NCBI GenBank assembly: GCA_040390605.1
Contig: JAZJXZ010000017.1
Location: 34,948 to 98,947, forward strand
Length of the DNA: 64,000 nt
Reading direction: 5' to 3'
From: Pseudomonadota bacterium
GTDB lineage: Bacteria; Pseudomonadota; Alphaproteobacteria; Sphingomonadales; Sphingomonadaceae
Part shown: positions 1 through 8,878 of the stretch, piece by piece
How the letters are laid out: each line of letters starts with the position of its first letter
Numbering within the stretch: position 1 is the stretch's first letter
Program-made: the position numbers and the translations under genes
Notes under the pieces: generated by a model
Database searches by the model: none
What the model saw: only the letters and a program-made list of their open reading frames with translations
What the model was told of the DNA's origin: nothing

Positions 1-966
1 TTCGTGTGCCTCGCCGCGGCGCGCAGCGAGGTGTTGCGGCGCGTCGGCTGGGACGTCGAGGCCGACGGCATGTTCGGCGCGCCGCCGATCACCGTGCTGA
101 TCGGCGCGGATGCGCATGCCACGGTGTTCTCGAGCCTCAAATATCTCGGGCTCGGCGCGAAGCGGGTGCGCACGGTGGCGACCGACGACGCAGGGCGGAT
201 GCTGCCGAGCGATTTCGCCGCCGCGTTGAAAGCGGCGAGCGGGCCGGTGATCGCCATCGCCCAGGCCGGGCAGATCAACACCGGGGCAAGCGACCCGTTC
301 GCCGAGATCGCGCCGATGGCACGGGAAGCCGGCGCGTGGCTGCATGTCGATGGCGCGTTCGGGCTGTGGGCGCAGGCCTGCCCGTCGCGGGCGCATCTGA
401 CGCGCGGCGTGGAGCTGGCCGACAGCTGGGCGACCGACGGGCATAAATGGCTCCAGACGCCCTATGATTCGGGTTTCGCCATCGTCCGCGATGCCGAGGC
501 GCATGCCCGGGCGATGGCGATCTCGGCCAGCTATCTGCCACCGGCCGAGGGCGCCGAGCGCGACCCCAGCACCTATGTGCCCGAGCTGTCGCGGCGGGCG
601 CGGGGCTTCCCGGCCTGGGCGATGATCCGCCAGCTCGGCCGTGCCGGGATCGCCGAGATGGTCGAGCGGCATTGCCTGGTCGCCGCCGACATGGCCGCGC
701 GGATTTCCGCCGAGCCGGGCGTGCGGCTGATCATGGCGCCGGAACTGAACCAGTTCATGCTGCGCTTCGGCGACAGCAACGATGCAACACGGGCGACGAT
801 CGCGCGGGTACAGGAGGATGCGGTCGCCTATATCGGCGGGGCGGAATGGCGCGGCGAATGGGTGATGCGGGTATCGGTGACCTCGGGCGCGACGACGATC
901 GACGAAGGGCGCATCGCCGCCGAGGCGGTGATCGCGGCATGGCGGGAGGTGCGCGACAATGGCTGA
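1..966 (+). CDS. PLP-dependent decarboxylase family protein (5' end cut by window edge)
   Basis: Frame is open from base 1 to TGA at 964-966. Translation contains SWATDGHKWLQTPYDSGF, a PLP-lysine context typical of fold-type I decarboxylases. Third codon positions are GC-rich. Confidence 0.6.
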   Translation, partial: FVCLAAARSEVLRRVGWDVEADGMFGAPPITVLIGADAHATVFSSLKYLGLGAKRVRTVATDDAGRMLPSDFAAALKAASGPVIAIAQAGQINTGASDPFAEIAPMAREAGAWLHVDGAFGLWAQACPSRAHLTRGVELADSWATDGHKWLQTPYDSGFAIVRDAEAHARAMAISASYLPPAEGAERDPSTYVPELSRRARGFPAWAMIRQLGRAGIAEMVERHCLVAADMAARISAEPGVRLIMAPELNQFMLRFGDSNDATRATIARVQEDAVAYIGGAEWRGEWVMRVSVTSGATTIDEGRIAAEAVIAAWREVRDNG

Positions 967-1393
967 CGATGTGCCTCGGCCGGCGCTGACCGGCGTCTGC
1001 CCGCTGCTTTCGGTCTACGACATGAACCGCGCCGTGGCGTTCTACCGCGACATGCTGGGGTTCGAGTTGATCCAGCACGCCCCGTTCGTCGACGCGGCGG
1101 AGGGACATTATTTCCACTGGGCCTGGCTGCGGCGTGGTCCGGCCGAACTGATGCTCAACACCGCCTATGACGCGAACGAACGGCCCGATACCGTCGACGC
1201 CGCGCGTCAGGCCGCGCATGCCGACACCTATCTCTATTTCGGTTGCGCGGATGTCGATGCGGTCCATGCCGACCTTGTCGCGCATGGCGTCGCGGCCGAG
1301 GCGCCGAAGGACGCGCCTTACGGCATGCGCCAGCTCTTTCTCACCGATCCGGACGGCTACAATCTCGTATTCCAAAGGGCCGTCGGCGGATGA
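959..1393 (+). CDS. VOC / glyoxalase-bleomycin resistance family protein
   Basis: 144-aa ORF. The N-terminal block LLSVYDMNRAVAFYRDMLGFEL and the C-terminal PYGMRQLFLTDPDGYNLVF are typical of the VOC fold. It overlaps the previous stop by 8 nt. Confidence 0.6.
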   Translation: MADDVPRPALTGVCPLLSVYDMNRAVAFYRDMLGFELIQHAPFVDAAEGHYFHWAWLRRGPAELMLNTAYDANERPDTVDAARQAAHADTYLYFGCADVDAVHADLVAHGVAAEAPKDAPYGMRQLFLTDPDGYNLVFQRAVGG

Positions 1394-2253
1394 TCGAAAT
1401 CGCCTCCGCCACGATGAGCGCGGCGATCGACCCGTTCGGCGCGGAACTGACCTGGCTGCGCGATGCCGAAGGCCGCGATCTGATGACCGATGCCGACCCG
1501 GCCTTCTGGACCGGCCATGCGCCGATCCTGTTCCCGATCGTCGGACGGCTCAACGGCGACGTGCTGCGTATCGATGGCGCCGAATATGCGATGAAGCAGC
1601 ACGGCTTCGCGCGGCGCATGGCGTTCGCGGTAACCGGCCATGACGCGAGCAGCGCGAGCTTTCGGTTGACCGATACGCCCGACACAAGGGCGGCCTATCC
1701 CTTTCCGTTCGTGCTGGAGGTCGGCTTCGCCATCGAAGGCGCCACGCTGACGATGCGCGCGACGATCATCAATCCCGGGCCGGCGCCCTTGCCGGCGAGT
1801 TTCGGCTGGCACCCGGCCTTTGCCTGGCCGCTGCCTTATGGCCATTCAAAGGAGGCGCACCGCGTAACCTTTGCCGCCGATGAGCCCGGCGGCCCGTCGC
1901 TGCTGAGGGACGGCCTGATCGCGCCCGAGCCGCAGCACTCACCGCTCGAAGGGCGCGTCCTTCCGCTCGACGATTCGCTGTTCGAGCATGACGCGCTGAT
2001 TTGGGACCCGGTGCATTCGGATCGCGTCGCCTATGGCGCGCCGCACGGACCGTCGCTCGACATCGCCTTTCCCGATACGCCGCAGCTCGGCATCTGGACC
2101 AAACCGGGCGCGCGCTTCCTGTGCATCGAGCCATGGCACGGCCATGCCGATCCGCACGGGTTCGCCGAGGAGTTCCGCGACAAGCCCGGCGTGTTCGAGG
2201 TCGCACCCGGTGAAGACTGGCATTGTTCTGTGAGCGTGACCTTGCGTCCGTAA
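1390..2253 (+). CDS. aldose 1-epimerase family protein
   Basis: The internal ATG at 1390 forms an ATGA overlap with the upstream stop. The translation MIEIASATMSAAIDPFGAELTWL...GWHPAF...CIEPWHG is mutarotase-like. The upstream part of ORF 1243..2253 is Arg-rich junk. Confidence 0.65.
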   Translation: MIEIASATMSAAIDPFGAELTWLRDAEGRDLMTDADPAFWTGHAPILFPIVGRLNGDVLRIDGAEYAMKQHGFARRMAFAVTGHDASSASFRLTDTPDTRAAYPFPFVLEVGFAIEGATLTMRATIINPGPAPLPASFGWHPAFAWPLPYGHSKEAHRVTFAADEPGGPSLLRDGLIAPEPQHSPLEGRVLPLDDSLFEHDALIWDPVHSDRVAYGAPHGPSLDIAFPDTPQLGIWTKPGARFLCIEPWHGHADPHGFAEEFRDKPGVFEVAPGEDWHCSVSVTLRP

Positions 2254-2273
2254 CCCGCTAGGGCCGCGCGGCA

Positions 2274-3845
2274 ATGACGACCATCTCCGACCGCCGCACC
2301 TTCGCGATCATCTCCCACCCCGACGCCGGCAAGACCACGCTGACCGAGAAGCTGCTGTACTTCGGCGGCGCGATCCATCTCGCCGGCGAGGTCAAGGCGC
2401 GTGGGCAGAACCGGCGCGCGCGGTCGGACTGGATGAAGATCGAGCAGCAGCGCGGCATCTCGGTGACGTCGTCGGTGATGACCTTCGAACGCGAGGGCAT
2501 CACCTTCAACCTGCTCGACACGCCGGGGCACGAGGATTTCAGCGAAGACACCTATCGCACGCTGACCGCGGTCGATTCGGCGGTGATGGTGATCGACGCG
2601 GCGCGCGGCATCGAGGCACAGACGCGCAAATTGTTCGAGGTGTGCCGGCTGCGTTCGGTGCCGATCATCACCTTCGTCAACAAGGTCGACCGCGAGGGGC
2701 GCGACCCGTTCGAGTTGCTCGACGAGATCGCCGACATGCTGGCGCTCGACGTAACGGCGATGAGCTGGCCGGTCGGCATGGGCAGCGATTTCGAGGGGGT
2801 ATACGATCTCCACGCCAACACGCTGAGTCAGCCCGAGGGGCCGTCGCGTGAGTTCATGGGCAAGTCGGTGGCCTTTACCGGGCTCGACGACCCGAAGCTG
2901 GCCGCGACGATCTCCGAGGATGGGCTGGCGAAGCTGCGCGAAGAGGCCGAGCTGGCGCTGGGCGGCTATGCCCATTTCGACGTCGAGGCCTATCGCCACG
3001 GCGACCTGACGCCGGTCTATTTCGGATCGGCGCTGAAGGATTTCGGCGTCGCCGAGCTGATCGACGCGCTCGCCCGCCACGCCCCGCCGCCGCGCCCGCA
3101 GCCAGCCGAGCCGGCACCGATCTCGCCCGACAACCCCGAAGTAACGGGCTTCGTGTTCAAGGTGCAGGCCAATATGGACCCGCAGCACCGCGACCGCATC
3201 GCTTTCATGCGGCTGTGCTCGGGCGTGTTCAAGCGCGGCATGAAGCTGACCCCGACCGGGCATGGCAAGCCGATCGCGATCCACTCGCCGATCCTGTTCT
3301 TTGCGCAGAACCGCGAGCTGGCCGACGAGGCCTTTCCGGGCGACATCATCGGCATCCCCAACCACGGCACGCTCAGAGTGGGCGATACGCTGAGCGAGCG
3401 GGCCGATGTGCGTTTCACCGGCCTGCCCAATTTCGCGCCGGAAATCCTGCGCCGCGTCGCGCTCAAGGATCCGACCAAGACCAAGCAGCTGCGCAAGGCG
3501 CTCGACGACATGGCCGAGGAGGGCGTGACGCAGGTCTTCTATCCCGACATCGGCGCCAACTGGATCGTCGGCGTGGTCGGGCAGCTGCAGCTCGAGGTGC
3601 TGCTGTCGCGGCTCGAGGCCGAGTACAAGGTCGATGCCGGGCTGGAGATGGCGCCGTACGAAACCGCGCGCTGGCTGTCGGCCGAGACGCCGGCCGAGCT
3701 CAAGGCGTTCACCGACCTCCACAAGGGCCAGATGGCCAAGGACCGCGACGGCAACCCGGTGCTGATGGCCAAGTCTGCCTGGGAGGTCGGTTATCTGGTC
3801 GACCGCTATCCCAAGGTGAAGTTCGCCGCGACGCGCGAACGCTAA
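2274..3845 (+). CDS. prfC: peptide chain release factor 3
   Basis: 523 aa. It has the GTPase P-loop AIISHPDAGKTTLTEKLL, DTPGHEDF and NKVDR motifs, and reads as RF3 along its full length. Confidence 0.95.
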   Translation: MTTISDRRTFAIISHPDAGKTTLTEKLLYFGGAIHLAGEVKARGQNRRARSDWMKIEQQRGISVTSSVMTFEREGITFNLLDTPGHEDFSEDTYRTLTAVDSAVMVIDAARGIEAQTRKLFEVCRLRSVPIITFVNKVDREGRDPFELLDEIADMLALDVTAMSWPVGMGSDFEGVYDLHANTLSQPEGPSREFMGKSVAFTGLDDPKLAATISEDGLAKLREEAELALGGYAHFDVEAYRHGDLTPVYFGSALKDFGVAELIDALARHAPPPRPQPAEPAPISPDNPEVTGFVFKVQANMDPQHRDRIAFMRLCSGVFKRGMKLTPTGHGKPIAIHSPILFFAQNRELADEAFPGDIIGIPNHGTLRVGDTLSERADVRFTGLPNFAPEILRRVALKDPTKTKQLRKALDDMAEEGVTQVFYPDIGANWIVGVVGQLQLEVLLSRLEAEYKVDAGLEMAPYETARWLSAETPAELKAFTDLHKGQMAKDRDGNPVLMAKSAWEVGYLVDRYPKVKFAATRER

Positions 3846-3853
3846 CCCGCCAC

Positions 3854-3944
3854 CCCACCGTCATCCCAGTGAAAGCTGGGATCTCATGCGGCAAGGGCGC
3901 GCTCCGTTACGGGGAGATCCCAGCTTTTGCTGGGATGACGGGGG
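3854..3944. repeat. REP/BIME-like pair of inverted hairpin units
   Basis: Unit 3854-3885 (ccaccgtcatcccagtgaaagctgggatctc) and unit 3914-3944 (gagatcccagcttttgctgggatgacggggg) are near reverse complements. Each contains a 7-bp ATCCCAG/CTGGGAT hairpin. The pair lies between convergent prfC and the MFS gene. Confidence 0.7.
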
Positions 3945-5192
3945 TTAGTCGACCCAGTCGTTCCTGAGCGGCTTCGACGCCAGCCACATCAATGCACCGG
4001 CAAGCAGGTACAGCGACAGCCCGCCGAGCATCGCATAGCGCAGCGCCTCTTCGCCGAAGCGCGCGGTGAGGCCGTCCGAGACTGCGCCGAGCGCGAAGCT
4101 GCCCGCGCCGAGGCCGATCAGATTGTTGATCAGCAGGAAGCTGGCCGAGGCGGTAGCGCGCATATGCGCGGGCACGAGGTGCTGCACCGCCGTCACGACC
4201 GGCGCGAGCCACAGATAGACCAAGGCCTGGGGGATCAGGAAGAACAGGAAGGCCGCCGCGGTCGAGGTCGACAGGATGCCGGCGGCGAACAAGGGCACCG
4301 CGATAAGGAAGGCGATCGCCGGCGCACGGGCATAGATCGCGCGGTCGCGGCCGCCGAAGCGGTCGCCAATCGCGCCGCCGAGCAATATGCCGGGCACGCC
4401 GCCGATCAACAGCACCGCGCCGTAGAATTGGGCGGTCTGGACGAGGTCGAGATGGAAGCTGCGCTTGAGCAGGGACGGTAGCCAGAAGGCCAGGCCGTAA
4501 CCGAGCATCGAACTCGACGCCGCTCCCAAAGCGAGCAGCCAGAAACTTGGCTTGGCGGCAAGGATCGCGAACACCCGGCCGACCGGTGCCCGGCCGGCAA
4601 CGGGCGCCTCGCGCGCGGGCTCGCGCACCACCAGCCGGAACAGCGGCGCGAGCAGCACGCCCGCGCCGCCGACGACGAAGAAGGCGGTGCGCCAGTCGAC
4701 CCGCGCGGCAATGTAGCCACCCAACATCACGCCGGCTGCCGATCCGAGCGGAATGCCGAGCGAGTAGACCGCCAGTGCCCGCGCCCGGCTGCGCGGCGGA
4801 AACATGTCGGCGATCACCGCATAGGAGGGCGCGATGCCCCCAGCTTCGCCCACGCCGACACCGATGCGCGCGGCGAACAATTGCCCGAAGCCGGTGGCGA
4901 AGCCGCACAAACCGGTGAACAGGCTCCACACCGCGAGGCTGAGCGTGATCACCCAGGTGCGGCTGGTGCGGTCGGCGAGCCAGGCCAGCGGGATCGCCAG
5001 CGTCGAATAGAGCAGCGCAAAGGCGAGGCCGCCGAGCAGCCCGAGCTGCTTGTCGCTGAGCTGCAGGTCGGTCTTGATCGCCGAGGCGAGGATGCCGAGG
5101 ATCTGCCGATCGACGAAATTGAAGGTGTAGACGAGCAGCAGCATCGCCAGCGCGAAGTTGCGGTAGCCGGTGGCGGCGGGCTTATCGGTCAC
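3945..5192 (-). CDS. MFS transporter
   Basis: 415 aa, polytopic with about 12 hydrophobic segments. The MFS loop motif WLADRTSRTW is present. GTG start at 5192. Confidence 0.8.
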   Translation of the reverse strand: MTDKPAATGYRNFALAMLLLVYTFNFVDRQILGILASAIKTDLQLSDKQLGLLGGLAFALLYSTLAIPLAWLADRTSRTWVITLSLAVWSLFTGLCGFATGFGQLFAARIGVGVGEAGGIAPSYAVIADMFPPRSRARALAVYSLGIPLGSAAGVMLGGYIAARVDWRTAFFVVGGAGVLLAPLFRLVVREPAREAPVAGRAPVGRVFAILAAKPSFWLLALGAASSSMLGYGLAFWLPSLLKRSFHLDLVQTAQFYGAVLLIGGVPGILLGGAIGDRFGGRDRAIYARAPAIAFLIAVPLFAAGILSTSTAAAFLFFLIPQALVYLWLAPVVTAVQHLVPAHMRATASASFLLINNLIGLGAGSFALGAVSDGLTARFGEEALRYAMLGGLSLYLLAGALMWLASKPLRNDWVD

Positions 5193-5215
5193 ATCAATTC
5201 CCTTCGAAACGGAAA

Positions 5216-5249
5216 GGACCGGGCGCTTCGCGATGGAAGCACCCGGTCC
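5216..5249 (-). terminator. candidate intrinsic terminator after the TonB-dependent receptor
   Basis: GGACCGGG (5216-5223) pairs with CCCGGTCC (5242-5249), and an inner GCTTC/GAAGC pairing extends the stem. On the minus strand it is followed by TTTCCGTTTCG. It lies 37 nt past the receptor stop. Confidence 0.4.
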
Positions 5250-5285
5250 CCTTCCCCCTTTACCGTCACCCCAAGGGGCAGCGGC

Positions 5286-7604
5286 TCAGAACCTGGCCGA
5301 CACCGTCACGAACACCTGGCGTGGGTTGCCGTAGAAAGCGGTGGCGATGCCTTCCTTGCCCAGGGTCGGCGTGTTGACCCCAGCGGCGCTCGTGCTGATA
5401 TATTGATAGCCGCCGATCTTGTAGTGCACGTCGGTCAGGTTCTTGCCGTGCACGCCGATCGAATATTTGCCGGCGTCGAAGCTGTAGGTGATGTGCGCGT
5501 CGAGCAGGGTGTAACCCGGCTGGTCGAGGAACGGGCTGGCGGTCTCGAACTGATGCGTCAGGCTGCGATAGGACACCACGGTCGAGGCGTTGATCTGGCC
5601 AGGACCCGCATTGAACACTGCACCAAGCGTGCCCGACACGGACCAGCGTGGTGTATTCTGGAATACCCGCGCGTTGGCGACGTCGGCCCCGGTCGGGCCG
5701 ATGAAGGTCTTGTACTTTGCGTCCATGTAACCGAGCGTACCAGCCAGCGTGATCGCCGAACCTGCCCCGGCAAAGCCCTGCGCCAGCCGGGCATTGGCCT
5801 CGACCTCGATGCCGTTGATGCGTGCCTTGGCGGCGTTGGTGGTGATACCAATGAAGGTCGGGACGTTGTTCACCACCAGACCAACCGATCCGGGTATTTG
5901 CACATCGGTGTAATCGGAGTGGAAGCCGTCGATTGCCCAGGTGAGGCTGTGATCGGACGTCGAGCCCTTCCAGCCGATTTCATAACTCTTCACCGATTCT
6001 GGCCGGAACAGGAGATAATTGTAGATTTCCTGGTAGCTGCGCACGCCATCCTGGTTGACGTCGGGCGCCGAGGTGCCCGAGCCGCGGGGATCGAAGCCGC
6101 CACCCTTGAAGCCCTCGGAATAGGACAAATAGAACATGTGCTGGTTGTTGGGCTTGAACGCGACCGAGGCGCGCGGGGTGAAGCGCTTGAACAGGGCGCG
6201 GCCGGTGAAGTCGGTCGCCGGATTGCCGAACGGCGTTGGCGCGCCCCCGAACTCCGGCGTCAAGCCGATATAGTTCGCCTTGAACACATGTGCATTGCGC
6301 TCATCCCATGTGTAGCGCCCACCGAGCGACAGGCTGAACTGCGGCGTGAAATCATAAGTGAAATCGCCGTAGAAGGACTCAGTCTCGGTCCTCACGTCGC
6401 CAGCCGTATAAGCGTTGAGGCCTGCGAGCGACGTGTAGAGCAACACACCAAACCCGGTCTGCGCTTTGGCACCGAGATAGTAGAAACCGACGATGCCATT
6501 GAGCTTCTCGCTCTTGTAGGCGAACTGGAATTCCTGGCTGGTCTGCTCATTGCGATACACCGCCGGCACATCGACGTCCGCCGCGGGCAGCGAGTCGAAA
6601 TCAATCGGCGCATAGGAGCGATCCTTGCGCCACGCGCTGATGCTCTTGAACGTGACATGGTCGCTGAGCTGCGCCTCGGCGGTCATCGCCAGGCCGCCCG
6701 CCCAGATGTCCTGGACCGGATTGTTGAGCCCGGCCTGGGTGTCGTAGACGTTGGCCAGCACGGGTGCACCCGAAAGGAAGCCCGGAAGCAGGCGGTGACC
6801 GTTGCGCGGGTTCGACTTGTCGTGGGTGTAATCGCCGGTGATGCGGATCGACATGCGTTCGTCCGGCGTCTGGAACTCGATCGTGCCGCGCGCGGCCCAG
6901 ATGTTCTTGTTGTAGTTGTCGATGCCGAGATTGAGGTTCCGACCGAAGCCATCACGCGTCAGGCGCGCGCCCGATACACCGACCTTGAACATGCTGCCGA
7001 TCGGGGTCGAGATGCTGACCACGCCATCGGCCTGGTTGTAGCTGCCATAGGTGCCGCGCAGATTGACCTCGAGATGATCGGGCAGGCGCCGCGTGACATA
7101 TTTCACCGCGCCGCCGATCGTGTTGCGGCCGTACAGCGTCCCCTGCGGCCCGCGCAGGATTTCGATCCGCTCGACGTCATAGATGTCGAGCACCGCCGCT
7201 TGCGGGCGGTTGAGATAGACGTCGTCGAGATAGATGCCGACACCGGATTCGAAGCCGGGCACCGGATCCTGCTGGCCGACGCCGCGGATGAAGGCGGCGA
7301 GGGTGGAGTTGGTGCCGCGCGCGTCCTTCAGCGTGATGTTGGGCGTGGTCGTCTGGATATCGGTCAGGTCGATCGCGCCGCTCTTGGCCAGCTTGTCCGC
7401 CGAAAAGGCGGTAACCGCGATCGGCACGGTGAGCAGTGTTTCCGAGCGGCGACGCGCGGTGACGACGACGTCGCCATTGTCGGCGGCAGCCTGTTCGGCC
7501 GGAGGGGCGGCGGGCGCGTCCTGCGCAAAGGCGGGCGCGGCGATCAACGCGGCGAGCGCGGCCCCGGCGTTGAGCAATGCGCGCGTTGAATTCGGGCGTG
7601 ACAT
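5286..7604 (-). CDS. TonB-dependent receptor
   Basis: Start ATG at 7604 with GGAGGGGAGA upstream. Signal peptide MSRPNSTRALLNAGAALAALIAAPAFAQDA, plug region DVVVTARR, terminal aromatic residue ...VSARF. The longer ORF reaching 7907 is an artefactual extension. Confidence 0.9.
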   Translation of the reverse strand: MSRPNSTRALLNAGAALAALIAAPAFAQDAPAAPPAEQAAADNGDVVVTARRRSETLLTVPIAVTAFSADKLAKSGAIDLTDIQTTTPNITLKDARGTNSTLAAFIRGVGQQDPVPGFESGVGIYLDDVYLNRPQAAVLDIYDVERIEILRGPQGTLYGRNTIGGAVKYVTRRLPDHLEVNLRGTYGSYNQADGVVSISTPIGSMFKVGVSGARLTRDGFGRNLNLGIDNYNKNIWAARGTIEFQTPDERMSIRITGDYTHDKSNPRNGHRLLPGFLSGAPVLANVYDTQAGLNNPVQDIWAGGLAMTAEAQLSDHVTFKSISAWRKDRSYAPIDFDSLPAADVDVPAVYRNEQTSQEFQFAYKSEKLNGIVGFYYLGAKAQTGFGVLLYTSLAGLNAYTAGDVRTETESFYGDFTYDFTPQFSLSLGGRYTWDERNAHVFKANYIGLTPEFGGAPTPFGNPATDFTGRALFKRFTPRASVAFKPNNQHMFYLSYSEGFKGGGFDPRGSGTSAPDVNQDGVRSYQEIYNYLLFRPESVKSYEIGWKGSTSDHSLTWAIDGFHSDYTDVQIPGSVGLVVNNVPTFIGITTNAAKARINGIEVEANARLAQGFAGAGSAITLAGTLGYMDAKYKTFIGPTGADVANARVFQNTPRWSVSGTLGAVFNAGPGQINASTVVSYRSLTHQFETASPFLDQPGYTLLDAHITYSFDAGKYSIGVHGKNLTDVHYKIGGYQYISTSAAGVNTPTLGKEGIATAFYGNPRQVFVTVSARF

Positions 7605-7680
7605 GATAAATCTCCCCTCCTGAGGCGCCAGGTCGGCCCCGGTCTGATACCGGGTTGTGCGCCAGTTGAAGTCGCTATAC

Positions 7681-7701
7681 TGAAACCTGAACCAGGTTTC
7701 A
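7681..7701. promoter_or_regulatory. perfect 9-3-9 palindrome, candidate TetR operator
   Basis: TGAACCTG-type arms: TGAAACCTG aac CAGGTTTCA. It lies in the 115-nt divergent region between the receptor start (7604) and the TetR start (7720). Confidence 0.45.
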
Positions 7702-7719
7702 ACTTGGTATTCCGGAGGG

Positions 7720-8379
7720 GTGCGAAAAATGGTTGGTGAGCGTGTCCAATCGGCAACGCCGGGCCATCGCACCGAGGCGATGGCGGCCAGTGAAGGCAAG
7801 GCGCCGCGCACGGAGCGCGGGCGCAAGACGCTGCGCGCAATCCTCGACGCGGCGGCGATCGAGTTCGGCGAGCGCGGTTTCCATGAGGCGTCGATCAGCG
7901 GCATCACGCGACGCGCCGGCGTCGCGCTGGGCAGTTTCTACACCTATTTCGACTCGAAGGACGCGGTGTTCCGCGCACTCGTCCGCGATATGTCGAACCG
8001 GGTTCGCGACGAGGTCGCGCCGGCGATTCGCGCCGCCAAGGGGCAGATCGCCGCCGAGCGCGCCGGCCTGCTCGCCTTCATGGAGTTCGTGCAGGGGCAC
8101 AAGGAAATCTACCGGATCATCGACGAATCCGAGTTCGTCGATCCGGAGAGTTTCAAGCTGCATTACAATACAACGGCCGATCGTATCGCGGCGCGTTTGA
8201 AAGCCGCCGCCGATCGTGGCGAGGTGCGCGACGATATTTCCGAGGTCCATGCCTGGGCGATCATGGGGATGAACGTGTTTCTCGGGCTTCGCTTCGGCGT
8301 GTGGGCCGAGGACCATCAGCCGGCGGAGATCGCCGATGTTATCGCCGACATGCTGGAGCGCGGGATCGCGCCGCGTTGA
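7720..8379 (+). CDS. TetR/AcrR family transcriptional regulator
   Basis: The HTH block RKTLRAILDAAAIEFGERGFHEASISGITRRAGVALGSFYTYFDSKDAVF is typical TetR_N. The start could lie a few codons downstream. Confidence 0.85.
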   Translation: MRKMVGERVQSATPGHRTEAMAASEGKAPRTERGRKTLRAILDAAAIEFGERGFHEASISGITRRAGVALGSFYTYFDSKDAVFRALVRDMSNRVRDEVAPAIRAAKGQIAAERAGLLAFMEFVQGHKEIYRIIDESEFVDPESFKLHYNTTADRIAARLKAAADRGEVRDDISEVHAWAIMGMNVFLGLRFGVWAEDHQPAEIADVIADMLERGIAPR

Positions 8380-8470
8380 CAGGAAGCGGGCGGACCAACC
8401 GCCCGGCAGGGAAAGTGAGTTGATCGGCTCAGGTTAACCGGCAACGACGCGCAGCATGCGAAGGCAGCGA

Positions 8471-8878
8471 TTAAATCGAGCGCACGCGCCCCTTTTGGAC
8501 GGACATACGGAAGCGCGACAACTTGGCTTCGACGTCGCTGACCTCTCGATCGTTAAACAGGCCAAGCAACAACTGCCCCTTGCGCGCGCGCGCGACGACT
8601 ACTTGAGGAGGCGTGTTCCTCAGAGCGAAGAATGCTTCAGAAATCTCCCGAGCCTGTGCCGGCGAGATTCGCTCGTGGCTTTGCCCCATCAACTCGAACA
8701 CCGCTCCCGATGGTTGTGGCAGCGGGTTAGGCACCCGATGCACATGCACGAGTTGTTCGAGTTCGCAGCTGTCGCAACGCCAAGTTTCCAGCATTCCGAC
8801 AGAGTCGCGAACGTACCAGTCGACAGAGTTGCAACGAGGACAGCCTCCCACACCCGTTGCTTTCGGCGTCGACATCAT
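8471..8878 (-). CDS. hypothetical zinc-ribbon protein (CxxC...CxxC), atypical composition
   Basis: 135 aa, beginning MMSTPKATGVGGCPRCNSVDWYVRDSVGMLETWRCDSCELEQ. Its ATG forms an ATGA overlap with the phaC stop. Many codons end in A or T, unlike neighbouring genes. I recognise no family. Confidence 0.5.
   Translation of the reverse strand: MMSTPKATGVGGCPRCNSVDWYVRDSVGMLETWRCDSCELEQLVHVHRVPNPLPQPSGAVFELMGQSHERISPAQAREISEAFFALRNTPPQVVVARARKGQLLLGLFNDREVSDVEAKLSRFRMSVQKGRVRSI

Noticed and set aside
2031-3722. 563-aa ORF on the minus strand
   Set aside because: It is antisense to prfC, whose translation is unmistakable. Its composition is off-frame-like.
4881-7589. 902-aa ORF on the plus strand
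   Set aside because: It is antisense to a clear TonB-dependent receptor. The translation is Arg/Gly/Ala/Asp-rich low complexity with no recognisable domain. Long open frames like this are typical in GC-rich DNA.
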